Source of the DNA: Candidatus Sumerlaeaceae bacterium
GTDB lineage: Bacteria > Sumerlaeota > Sumerlaeia > Sumerlaeales > Sumerlaeaceae
NCBI GenBank assembly: GCA_049968255.1
Contig: JBMFRB010000003.1
Location: 128,898-192,897 of the forward strand
Direction of reading: 5' to 3'
DNA: 64,000 bases
This document shows, in pieces, positions 51,708-62,200 of this stretch (its first letter is position 1; every line of letters begins with the position of its first letter). The position numbers and the translations under genes were made by a program. The notes under the pieces are model-generated. The model saw only the letters and a list, made by a program, of their open reading frames with translations, did no database searches and was not told the DNA's origin.

Positions 51708-53609
51708 CTACTTTTGCTGCCCTGCTTGCGATTTTATGATGTCGCGCTGACGGCTGAGCCAGTCCTCGATGCCTTGCACCACCGCTTTCATCATCGTGGA
51801 GCGAAATTCCGGATCGAGTAACTTCGCTTCGTCCTCGGGATTACTCATGAATGCCTGCTCCACAAGCATCGAAGGCATCCAGGTGACCTCGCAAATGGGG
51901 AGATAGTTAAAATTTCCCACATTTCCAAAATCGCCCAGCTTTGTCATTTCTAAAAGGCGCGTGTGGATCGCGTCAGCAAGGTCGCGCGAGAAACTGTACT
52001 TGTAGTACGTGCTGGTCCCTGAAACGCGCAGGTAGCCACGTGATTGATCTGCTGAGTTGGCGTGCACGCTGATAAACAATGTTGCGCTCGATTCCGTAAC
52101 TTTTTCGGCGCGTGCTTTGAGCGAGGGATCTGTGTCGTCCGGCCGCACGTCGACAGTCGTTGCGCCCTTGGCTTGGAGTTGCCGCGCCAGCTCGTCCACA
52201 GCCATGCGATTGATATCTTTTTCGTGGCTGCCGCTCACACCTTGGGCGCCAAGATTCCTCGGCCCACCGTGGCCTGCTTCCAGTGCAACGACGAGCCCCT
52301 TCAGTGGCGACTCCGGCGCTTCGGCCAATTGAGGGGCGCGACGCACGCGTACCATGAGCGAGCCGGTCGTCACCTCGGTGAGGTAGCCCCAGAGCTGTTT
52401 ACTGCTGAGCTCGATTTTCACGCGTACGTGTTCGCGTGCCGGTTGCTCCACCGTAACCTCGCGAATGGTCTTCGCTGTGGGGCGGTGGCTGATCCATGTC
52501 GTGGCGTGGTGAGCTCCATAGAAATCTACCCAAATCTGAGCGCGGCCTTCCGGACCTACTATGGGCGTGACGGAATAGGGCACGCGATCCGATTTAGGGA
52601 AGGGAATTGTCACGATGTCCGAAAGCTCATCGCCACCCACGGAAACCAAAGTGAAAAACAGATGCGGTGGAGGTGTGCCCTCTGGTAGCAACTCGATGCT
52701 GTTTTCGGAAACCCATGCGTCGAGGCCGGGGGTAAGAGCCACATGCCAATAGCCCTCGCGCTTACCAGTCAGGCGCAGGATGATATTTTGCGGCAACACG
52801 CACACATAGGGGCCGCCAAGGCGAACTTCATGCAGCCCATAGACGAGGCCAGTGCTGTCCGAACGCGTGCGGGCGAGGTGAACTTTTGTGCCGTCCCACA
52901 ACGTGACACAGGTTTTTGTGGCGAGCTTGACTTCCCGGGGACCAAGAATGCGGATGGGGGATGTCCTAGGCGATTGTGCGCGAAGGCGAAACTCTAGCGG
53001 CTGTGGTCCCTGCGCTGGGCGAGTTGGGGCTGCAAACACCCCGCGATAGCGGCCCGTTGGCGCAGTAGAGTTGCCGTCTTGCTGCTCGACCATAGGCAAC
53101 CATTCCCCGTCGCCCACGCGAAACGCGGCCATTTGTCCCGGCGTGCCATTCACGCTCACAATAAGCTCTTCGCCGGGCGAAAGAATAACTTCGCCGGAAG
53201 GCGAAACGGATTCAGCCTGGAGGCGGAGGCGCTGCGGTGCGGTAGAAAGCTCAGAGACGGGCTTCGTGATTCGCTCGATGACAAGCGTACGTGCCTCGCG
53301 TTCGCCGCTCGCTTCAGCCACGACCTCGATCTGGTTGCGCTCCGGCGCTAGCGGCACCTGGTCACGAACGAAAATCCCCGTCGCGAAAACCCGGGCAGGC
53401 TTATCACCGACTCGCACTTTTGCGTCGGGCCTCGTCCGTCCCATGACGTTGATAAATTCACGAGTTGTCGTCGTGGCTAGCTGTTCGGGATCGAGAATCT
53501 TTAGTAGCAGCTTGTGTTCAGGTTTCGCGAGAGTGACCGTTGGCGCGACGCCGATGGCGAGTGCCGCAACGCAGCACCCGTGTGCAATACGCGGGAAAAA
53601 CCTAAGCAT
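51708..53609 (-). CDS. N-acetylmuramoyl-L-alanine amidase (Amidase_3) with long N-terminal extension
   Basis: Signal peptide from ATG 53609; LEAGHGG, EKDIN, ISVHANS, LVEQAFMSN. Confidence 0.9.
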   Translation of the reverse strand: MLRFFPRIAHGCCVAALAIGVAPTVTLAKPEHKLLLKILDPEQLATTTTREFINVMGRTRPDAKVRVGDKPARVFATGIFVRDQVPLAPERNQIEVVAEASGEREARTLVIERITKPVSELSTAPQRLRLQAESVSPSGEVILSPGEELIVSVNGTPGQMAAFRVGDGEWLPMVEQQDGNSTAPTGRYRGVFAAPTRPAQGPQPLEFRLRAQSPRTSPIRILGPREVKLATKTCVTLWDGTKVHLARTRSDSTGLVYGLHEVRLGGPYVCVLPQNIILRLTGKREGYWHVALTPGLDAWVSENSIELLPEGTPPPHLFFTLVSVGGDELSDIVTIPFPKSDRVPYSVTPIVGPEGRAQIWVDFYGAHHATTWISHRPTAKTIREVTVEQPAREHVRVKIELSSKQLWGYLTEVTTGSLMVRVRRAPQLAEAPESPLKGLVVALEAGHGGPRNLGAQGVSGSHEKDINRMAVDELARQLQAKGATTVDVRPDDTDPSLKARAEKVTESSATLFISVHANSADQSRGYLRVSGTSTYYKYSFSRDLADAIHTRLLEMTKLGDFGNVGNFNYLPICEVTWMPSMLVEQAFMSNPEDEAKLLDPEFRSTMMKAVVQGIEDWLSRQRDIIKSQAGQQK

Positions 53610-53888
53610 AAATCTTTCCTTCCCATCCCAATGAATTCTAGGGCGCAAAGTGAGAGCCCAACGGCGAAATCGCGGGCACAAGTGCGTAAGTGCTGCAAGC
53701 GCGAAATACAAAGGGAAACGAAAGCAAGGTGCGGAAAAAGAAATGAAAGGCAATGTTTTCGGGATTCCCTCAGCCAGTTGGCCCGCCACGAACAGACCTT
53801 ATCGGCGCAGCAATTGCTGTAACCACCCGCGATCCTAGCTACGAATTGGCGGCGCGGAGGCCGACTCCTTAGCATCACACGGGCAGGC

Positions 53889-54923
53889 TCAGCACGCAGC
53901 GACGGCAGGGGTCTCGAAGTATTCGCTCAGATACTGGCGAATAACGCTCAGTGCACGATCGCGCGCCGTCTCGTAGGGCTCTTTGATGTAAGCGCCACTA
54001 GCGTTGTGATGGCCGCCCCCGCCCAGCATCTGTGCTAACTTACTGACGTTTACTTTCCCTTTGCTGCGAAAACCGATGCGGCACCACCCCTCCGGTGTCT
54101 CGTGAAACAGGACGGCGATCTCCACACCGGCGATGCCGCGCAGATCGCTGCATAGTCCCTCGGGCTCATACTCATCACCGCCAGCCAGCTCATAGAGCTC
54201 ACGCCGCAATTCGTTCCAGACGAATCTACCACCGAATTCGTAGCGCAGTGACTGATAGATGATGCCTGTGATTTTCACGGCTTGGGGCTTGCGGCTTTCG
54301 AAGACTGCTTCAGCGATGGCTGCGGGGTTTGCACCAGCTGCCACCAGCGCCGCCGCAGCCTCGAAGGTTACGTGGTCCGTATTGGAGAACCGGAAGCCGC
54401 CCGTGTCGGCCATGATTGCCGTGAAGAGGCATGTGGCCGCATCCGGGCTGATGGGCACATTAAGCTCAAGGGCTAGGCGATAAATGAGTTCACCGGCGGC
54501 GCAGGCCTCCGTGTCCACCCAGTTCAGGTTGCCGAAGAAAGCATTGCTGAGATGATGGTCAATGTTGATGATGAACCCTTCGGGTTTGAAAATCTCGTCC
54601 ACCCGCTCGAAGTCCCCGCAATCCACGTAGAGAATAATTTCCCCCCCGCGGATTTGCGGATGCTCTGTGAGCGTTTCGCCGATGTAAGGGAGGAAGCCGA
54701 AGAAGTCTTGGATGGGGCCCGGCGTGAAAAAGCGCACATCTTTGCCCATTTCGCGCAAGATCGTGAGCAAGCCAAGGCATGATCCCAGGCAATCGCCGTC
54801 GGGGCGACCGTGGCCAACGATGAGAAAGCGCTCGTTGCTGCGAAGGATGTTGCAGATTTCGGTTACAACGGGTGGTTCGTGAAAGCGGCCATTGCCTTTT
54901 TGAGCAAGCGATGTCACTGTCAA
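53889..54923 (-). CDS. nrnA: DHH/DHHA1 phosphoesterase (NrnA-like oligoribonuclease/pAp phosphatase)
   Basis: H.RPDGDCLGS, VDCG, NIDHH, DTGGFRF, GGGHHNASG. Confidence 0.92.
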   Translation of the reverse strand: MTVTSLAQKGNGRFHEPPVVTEICNILRSNERFLIVGHGRPDGDCLGSCLGLLTILREMGKDVRFFTPGPIQDFFGFLPYIGETLTEHPQIRGGEIILYVDCGDFERVDEIFKPEGFIINIDHHLSNAFFGNLNWVDTEACAAGELIYRLALELNVPISPDAATCLFTAIMADTGGFRFSNTDHVTFEAAAALVAAGANPAAIAEAVFESRKPQAVKITGIIYQSLRYEFGGRFVWNELRRELYELAGGDEYEPEGLCSDLRGIAGVEIAVLFHETPEGWCRIGFRSKGKVNVSKLAQMLGGGGHHNASGAYIKEPYETARDRALSVIRQYLSEYFETPAVAAC

Positions 54924-55170
54924 GTTCTCCTCAATCTTCGCCGGCTGGTTGAAAGCATGGTCGCTGCCGGCCTGCGAGGCGGCGTGATCACTTCACCTTT
55001 GCCGACCGCATGAAATACCATGAGGCTAAAATATATTCGGTAGCCATCCTCGTGACCGACGCATCGAGGCGACGGAAAATCGCCACGCGGCAACCTTCTC
55101 TGGCGAGAGCTCATTTCACTGAGCAGCCGCACAAGCAGAGATCCGCTTTGCTCGAGCCGGCGCCCACGAC

Positions 55171-56340
55171 TCACACAAAAATGTTATTCTCTAGGAATTC
55201 GCGAATGGTCTGCACAACCCGTTGGATTTGTTGGCGCTTGAGGCCAGGCCACACGGGCAGCGACAAACAACGTTGGGCGCAGTCTTCTGCCACGGGGAAT
55301 TGCCCCCTCTTATAACCAAGAAATTCCAGGGCTGGGGTCGTGTGCAGGGGAGTTGGGTAATAAATAGCGCTCTGGATGCCGCAGTGCGCAAGGTATGCTT
55401 TGAGCCTATCGCGGTCGGGAGCTTTTATAGTATACAAGTTAAAGGCGTGGCGCAAGTCCCCGGGGACGGCTGGTCGCTCGATGCGCGGGCGGTGCTCGCC
55501 ATAGCGAATTTCGAACGAGTGGTCCACTTCGGCCAAAAGGGCATCATAGAGTTTCGCGTTCTCGATGCGGTCGAGCAGGCTGTCGTCGAGATCAGGTAGC
55601 TTGTGGGCCAAGTACATGGCCTGGATTGTGTCGAGCCGGCTATTGTAGCCGATGCACTCGAACGTGCCAGCAGGTGTCCGGCCATGATCTCGGAACCAGC
55701 GAATTTTCTCGGCCAGCGTGTCATCGTTCGTGGTCACGATGCCCGCGTCGCCAGCGGCGCCAATATTTTTCGTTGGATAGAAGCTAAACGCGCCGAAGGT
55801 TCCAATAGCGCCCGCGCGCCGATTTTCGGCGTCCGTTGCGCCACAGGCTTGAGCAACGTCTTCAACGACGGGCAGCTTGTGGCGCTCTGCGATGGCCATG
55901 AGCGCGGCCATATCGCACGTTTGGCCGAAAAGGTGCACAGGGATGATCGCCTTCGTGCGGGGAGTGATCGCGGCTTCCACGGCCGAGGGGTCAATGTTGA
56001 AGGTGTCGGGCTGAACATCGACAAACACGGGGCGCGCCCCGAGGCGAACAACAACGTCGGCGGTGGCGATGAAACCGAAGGCGGGAAGAATGACCTCATC
56101 GCCGCGCGTCACGCCAAGAGCATCAAGGGCTAATAAAAGGGCATCCGTGCCGGAGTTCACACCCAAGGCGTGCTTCACGCCGATATATTTGGCGAATTTC
56201 TCCTCGAATGCCGCAACGCGTTTCGAGCTAGCGCCAATGAAATCGCAGGCACGGAAAAGGTCCTTAAGCTCCTCGAAATAGTCTTTGATGAACTCCTCGT
56301 GCGTGGAGCGCAGGTCAATGAACGGAATGGTTTCGGCCAT
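55171..56340 (-). CDS. DegT/DnrJ/EryC1/StrS family PLP-dependent aminotransferase
   Basis: NSGTDALLLAL, PVHLFGQ, EDVAQA, FSFYPTKNIGAAGDAG, GYNSRLD; start MAETIPFIDL. Confidence 0.95.
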   Translation of the reverse strand: MAETIPFIDLRSTHEEFIKDYFEELKDLFRACDFIGASSKRVAAFEEKFAKYIGVKHALGVNSGTDALLLALDALGVTRGDEVILPAFGFIATADVVVRLGARPVFVDVQPDTFNIDPSAVEAAITPRTKAIIPVHLFGQTCDMAALMAIAERHKLPVVEDVAQACGATDAENRRAGAIGTFGAFSFYPTKNIGAAGDAGIVTTNDDTLAEKIRWFRDHGRTPAGTFECIGYNSRLDTIQAMYLAHKLPDLDDSLLDRIENAKLYDALLAEVDHSFEIRYGEHRPRIERPAVPGDLRHAFNLYTIKAPDRDRLKAYLAHCGIQSAIYYPTPLHTTPALEFLGYKRGQFPVAEDCAQRCLSLPVWPGLKRQQIQRVVQTIREFLENNIFV

Positions 56341-56695
56341 TCGACTTCCCTTTCCAGGCAACAATTTGTGCCCGTTTTTCGAATGATTGAGTCTGCGGAA
56401 AAGCTTTTTGGCAAGGGTGGGCATGTCAAACCGAAATGTTCGGTGTCCCGTGGTTGGGGGCTGGCAACGCGGTCGTCCGCTTAGTGTTTCCCTCTTTGGG
56501 AGCGACAGGAAGAAAAAATTCGGAACTTGCGGCCCGTTTTTCTTTCTGATACAAGATGATGCAAGAAAACTGAGGGAAGAACTATTTCCCGAGTTTGGAA
56601 GTAGACATTGATCAAGGTGGGCAAGCAAAGCTCAGCCCTCTAATTTGCTGGGACTTGCTGCTGCATTTGGCAGCAGCCGGAAAGAGTATGGAACG

Positions 56696-57511
56696 ATGAC
56701 GAATGCAGAGCTACGAATTCCTGATGTCACGATTTCGGCAGATTCTTACGAGGAGGCAGTAGCAGAGGGGATGAGACAACTCGGCGTTCCCGCCGACGCT
56801 GTGGAGATTGAGAAACTTGATCACGCCCACGAGGAGACGTTGCCGGGGGCAGAGCCACTGCCTGGCGTGACTGTGCGTTTCCGGCTAAAGCCGGACATGC
56901 TGCTCGAACATGCCCGGCGCCACGTGGAAAAGATCCTCGAGCTATTGGGCATTCCCGCAAAGGTGACAGGCGCCATTACCCGCCGCGGCCTAGTGGTCAA
57001 TATCGAGGCTTCGGCGGACGGGGCCCTCGTCATTGGAAAGGGGGGACAAAATTTGGACGCGCTTCAGTTCCTGGTAGCCCGTATGGTCTTGCGTAGCGGA
57101 CGTGAAATCGTGCCGATCCTTGTGGATTCCGAAGGCTACCGTGAGCGCCACTACGCCCAACTTGAGCAGTTGGCCAAGCGGGCTGCGCGCAAAGCTCTTC
57201 GCTTCAAGCGCGAGGTGGCCCTCAAACCGATGCCGCCTGCTGATCGCAAAATCATCCACCTGGCGCTGCGTGAGTTCCGCGGTGTGCACACGATCAGCCG
57301 TGGAGAAGAGGGCAATCGGCGTGTCGTGATCACGCCAGCCGAAGGCACTGCGCCCCCACGGGGCGTCGTCCGTGGGCGTAGGCCGATGCGGCGGGAAGGC
57401 GAGAGACGGCCCGCGAGTTTTCGCCGGCAGGACGGGCAGCAGGTGGAGGGCTCGCCCGGTGAACCGAGCGCACCACCTCCCACGCCCAACGATTCAACAC
57501 CCACCGCCTGA
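56696..57511 (+). CDS. jag: Jag/EloR (KhpB) RNA-binding protein
   Basis: Jag_N-like EEAVAEGMRQLG, KH VIGKGGQNLDALQFL, R3H PMPPADRKIIHLAL, SRGEEGNRRVVI. Confidence 0.93.
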   Translation: MTNAELRIPDVTISADSYEEAVAEGMRQLGVPADAVEIEKLDHAHEETLPGAEPLPGVTVRFRLKPDMLLEHARRHVEKILELLGIPAKVTGAITRRGLVVNIEASADGALVIGKGGQNLDALQFLVARMVLRSGREIVPILVDSEGYRERHYAQLEQLAKRAARKALRFKREVALKPMPPADRKIIHLALREFRGVHTISRGEEGNRRVVITPAEGTAPPRGVVRGRRPMRREGERRPASFRRQDGQQVEGSPGEPSAPPPTPNDSTPTA

Positions 57512-57611
57512 GCGGGGTGTTGGCGAACAGGCAAGATTGAGACGGGAGGGCAACTCTTCCCCGCTGCGCCTTAGCGGCGAAGCTCGCGCGCGCACCAGCG
57601 CGGCCGTGGTT

Positions 57612-58355
57612 TTAGACCGCACGCCGGCCGATAACAAAATAGCCCAAAGGAAGCAGGCGAGCACTTTTCCTGGAGAGCGAGCGCCAGAATCGAAGACGCC
57701 GCAAAGCAAGCGCGCCAGATGTGATGGCATTCGCGAGAGTTCGCCCCACGAGAGGGGCAGTCGCCAGATGCTTGGCTGCTAAATCGGCAAAAACCTCGGG
57801 TGAGCCGCCGATAGCTTCGAGCACCTCGATCCTGAATCCTGCTTGCTCGAGCAGGTAGCACAGGGCGAACTCCGTGTAGCGGTAGTAGTCGTGCGGCGTC
57901 TCGTGCAGCCAGTAGAAGAAGGGCGTGTTCATGAGAAGTACACCGTTGGGCCTCAGGATCCGTGCGATCTCTCGCACGCACTGCTGTGGTTCGGGGATGT
58001 GTTCGAGAACGTCTGAGAGCAAAACGGTGTCGAACACTTCGTCGCGAAAAGGAAGCGGGCGGGCAAGGTTGCAGGCCACGTCAATATGCAAATTCTTGTG
58101 GAGGGAGTAAGGCCAATCGGCACATGTGACGCAGGTGACATGCTCGCGGTACATTCCCCAAAATGGGACTTTGCCACAACCCAGATCGGCCAAGTGCCCA
58201 CTCGCAAACGCCGGAAGGTGGCGCTCATATGTTTCGGCCACGAGTGCCGCAATGAGCCGCGAACCGGGGGTGAGCTCGCGAGGATTGGAGCTAGGGGACC
58301 AGTGCCCCCGGCGAAAGACAAACTTTGACTCTCTCCACAGATCGCAGTTGCGCAT
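57612..58355 (-). CDS. Class I SAM-dependent methyltransferase
   Basis: DLGCG, LPFRDEVFD, VLEHIPEP, RILRPNG, PFFYWLHETPHDYYRYT; start uncertain. Confidence 0.88.
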   Translation of the reverse strand: MRNCDLWRESKFVFRRGHWSPSSNPRELTPGSRLIAALVAETYERHLPAFASGHLADLGCGKVPFWGMYREHVTCVTCADWPYSLHKNLHIDVACNLARPLPFRDEVFDTVLLSDVLEHIPEPQQCVREIARILRPNGVLLMNTPFFYWLHETPHDYYRYTEFALCYLLEQAGFRIEVLEAIGGSPEVFADLAAKHLATAPLVGRTLANAITSGALALRRLRFWRSLSRKSARLLPLGYFVIGRRAV

Positions 58356-58443
58356 CGGTGACAACCTTAGTGTCGCTTTGTGCCACAGCAGCAAAAGCGT
58401 CAGGTGGGCGTCAAGCATTGACAGCAGGGCAGGGCGGGGCACC

Positions 58444-58989
58444 CTAGCGGGGAAGCAGGAGGACATCTATCCCGTCGGCCTCCGCGGCTTGGGCGAGATC
58501 GGATCGAAGCTTTGCCACGGACGTAGATGCGGGAATATCCACCTCCATCGAGACGCGAAAAACCGGTGTGCTGGTGAAAGGCGCCTGTTCGATATGGGTT
58601 GCAGCCTCTGCAATGCTCGCGCCGTGGGCGCGAAGGACTTGCGCGATGCGATTCACAATGCCGGGATGATCGAGCGCGGTGGCCTCGAGCCGATAGCGAA
58701 GCGATGGGGCAGCACCGGCCACAAAACCTGCCGCCACCGGCTTGAGGACAACGTTCAAGCTTGTTTCGCGCTCGAAAGCTTCGCGAGTGGCGGAAAGCTT
58801 TTCCGTCAGGCATGGCGCTCCGCTCACCAGCACCAGCGCGGCAAACTCGGATCCTAGGCGTGCCATGCGGCTTTCTTCCACATTGCCCCCCGAGTCGAGA
58901 ACCCACCGAGTGAGATCCTCAACAATCCCAGGGCGATCGGCTCCGAAACAGGTGACTAGCACGTGTTCGTGGTTGGTCGGCGACATCAT
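58444..58989 (-). CDS. GcvR-like tandem ACT domain protein
   Basis: GADRPGIV, GNVEESRMARLGSEFA, ALDHPGIV. Confidence 0.88.
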   Translation of the reverse strand: MMSPTNHEHVLVTCFGADRPGIVEDLTRWVLDSGGNVEESRMARLGSEFAALVLVSGAPCLTEKLSATREAFERETSLNVVLKPVAAGFVAGAAPSLRYRLEATALDHPGIVNRIAQVLRAHGASIAEAATHIEQAPFTSTPVFRVSMEVDIPASTSVAKLRSDLAQAAEADGIDVLLLPR

Positions 58990-59282
58990 GTCTCTATCCT
59001 TTCCTTGTCGCTGTGGCGTTTCTGCGATGGCTCAAAGGTTGATTGCAGAAAGCGCCATTTTGCCGTGCCGTCGCAACGCGAAAAATTGATAGCTTCCTCC
59101 CGATGATTCTGATTCAGCTCTTTGACAATTGTGAGGGGCGCTCGCTCAGACGCCGTCGTTTTGAAATTGACACGCAAGACTGTTCGTCGAGGGAAATTGT
59201 CATAAACTAGGTGGTGGGGGCGGGCGCGGGTGTGCAGCGCTGTCGCCTGCGTCGTCTCGCCCAAAATTTGAGGGATAATGGT

Positions 59283-62200
59283 ATGGTCACACGCGCAAAG
59301 TTTTCAAAGCAATCTACTTTTCGGTGGGCCGTCTTTATCATTGCCTTTATAGGCATGAGGTGTACTCTTCAGGCCGAAACAGTTCGGGTTCTCATGCTGC
59401 GAGATGGCGCGCCCGTGTGGATTGAGCGCGAAGCAATGGCGCTGCCCGGCGGACTCGTGCGCGCAACGACGCAAGCAGATAGCTCTCTGGCCCAGAACTT
59501 GGCCGCGGCCCTCCAGGCGCAAGTAAGTCCACCGCCCCAGGATGTGAAAGCTCAGGGGGTAAAAAATTTCGTCCCCGAGGGAGCGCACGTCGCGGCTGTG
59601 GAAGTCACCGACGGGATGTGCACTGCAGCGCTCGAATTGCCACCCGACTATCTTGCAGCAGGGATCAGCGATGAGGATTTAGAACTTTTTGCAGAGATGC
59701 TGGCCGGGCTCGCCACACAATATCCGGACATACGTTCGCTTGTTCTTGTGACGCGCGAATCCGACACGAGCCCGTGGAAGCCGCTCACGGTTTTCGCAAA
59801 GCCGGCGCCCCCACAGCTCGAGAAGCCTGCATCGAAGAGTGAGACGACGTCCTCCGAGAGCATTTTGCCGAAAGCTGGTCAGAATGCGGCCCAGGGACAG
59901 CCGCAGCCAACAGGCGCGCTCACGGGCGCCTCTATTTTCCTCAGCCCTGGTCACGGGTGGGCTTACAATTCTTCGCTCGGTCGCTGGGCCACACAGCGCA
60001 CCTATACGAATGGCCTGATCGAAGACCATTCGAACGCCGAGGCGTGCTTGCAGTACCTCGTGCGCTATCTGTGGAACGCGGGTGCCCGCGTCTATACGGT
60101 GCGCGAGCGCGACATGAACACCAATATGGTCATCGTGGACAATGCTTCCGCCACATACTCCGGCACATGGACTTTAGAAACAGCAAGCGGAGCCTATGGT
60201 GGGAACCATAGTTATGCGGTGACGGTGACAGGCAGCCCGACCGCTACGGCCACCTACACGCCGAACATTCCGGTGGCAGGTTATTATGCCGTCTACGTTT
60301 GGTATCGCAAATCTGCGAGCGGGACTACCACCGCCGACGCCCGGATTCGCATCAATCACACTGGCGGCACAACGGTGTGGACTCAAGACCAGAACGTGGA
60401 CGGTTATACGTGGAAATATGTGGGCACTTACTACTTCCAGGCAGGAACAAATCCCGCCAGCGGCTCTGTGGTGATTGATAACCTGAGCTCAACCGCGGGC
60501 AATTGTGTCATCGCCGATGCGGTGCGTTTTGGCGGAGGCATGGGGGATGTGGCCGACAACGTGAGCGGCACCACGAGCGGTTGGCCGCGCTGGGAGGAAT
60601 CCGGCCGCTATTATGCAGCTTTCATGGGAAAAAGCGACTGGGCGAGCTACAACACGGTTACGGCGATGCCGAGCTATGCCTCATGGGAGTGCGAAAGCTG
60701 GGAGAGCGGCCGGAGCGTCTACGTGGCTTGGCACACCAACGCGCCGAATCCCGGCACGGGCACGGAAACCTATGCCTACGCGAGCGGCGGATACGACACC
60801 ACATTCGATGGTGTGCCCGGGGGGCTCGAGCTACGCAACTTCATTCATAATGAGATTATCAACGACATCCGCAAAGGCTACGACTCCGGCTGGACCGATC
60901 GCGGCAAGCACACGAACTGGTACGGTGAGCTCAACCCAAGCTACAACAACAAGATGCCCGCCGCGCTCACGGAGATCGCTTTCCACGACACGCCCTCCGA
61001 CGCCGCCAAGCTCAAGGATCCCGTGTTCCGCCAAATTGCAGCGCGCGCTGTCTATCAGGGGATTGTGAAATTTTTCAACTCCTATGACCCCGGCACGTTT
61101 CCTAACGCAACGCTGCTGCCCGAGCCGCCAACAAACCTCCGTGTGGTACGCACTGGGCCTAACAGCGTGACGCTGAGCTGGAACGCCCCTCCCTACAACA
61201 CGGGCGATGGCCTGCTCGGCGATGCTGCCACGGGCTACAGAGTTTATCGCTCGACCGACGGAAAAGGCTTCGACAATGGGACGCCGGTCACAGGCACCTC
61301 GTACACAATGACGGGGCTTACGCCAGGCCAGGTCTATTATTTCCGCGTGAGCGCGACCAACGCTGGTGGGGAGAGCTTCCCCACGGAAACACTCGCGGCG
61401 AGCTGCTACGCCAATGGGCCCAACCCCATCCTCATCGTCAACGGCTTCGACCGACTCGATGCAGCGATGAGCGTGCAGGAGCCAGACCCATATTCCACGG
61501 GGATCCTCGCGCGTCACTACCTGTGGAAGATGAATTCCTATGACTATATCATTGCGCATGCGAAAGCTATAAAAGCCTATGGACGCGATTTCGATTCGTG
61601 CTCGAATGAGGCGGTGCGCGACGGACAAATCTCGCTGAGCAACTACGCGACGGTGATCTGGATCCTGGGACGCGAATCGTCAGTCGACAAAACCTTCGAT
61701 TCGGCTGAGCGCACTGCGATACAAAATTATCTTGCTAACGGAGGGAAACTCTTTGTCACCGGATCGGAGATCGGCTACGAACTCGATGGATTGAGCGTGG
61801 CACCCACGTTCTATAACAATGTGCTGCGCACGGATTATGTGCAGGATTCCGCCGGCACCTATGACGTGCAAGGTGTGAGTGGTTCAATCTTCGATGGCCT
61901 CTCGTTCTCTTTCGACAATGGCAGCCTCGTCTACGACGTCCCCTCGCCGGATGTCATCTCGCCGATCAATGGCTCGCAGGCCGCACTAAAGTACACCAAC
62001 ATGGGCACAACGCTACTTGATTCGCTCGACAGTGTGGCAGGCTGGTGGGATCCGAATTCGAGCGGTTCGACGGATCCGGGCGTGGACCCTGCCTCGGCCT
62101 TCACGCTTGCCTCGTCGCCAGTTCATCAAGGCTCGGGGGCGGGCGATCTCTACTATGTGTGGGGGACGGGACAGTTCATCCGTGAGTACAATTCGAACCA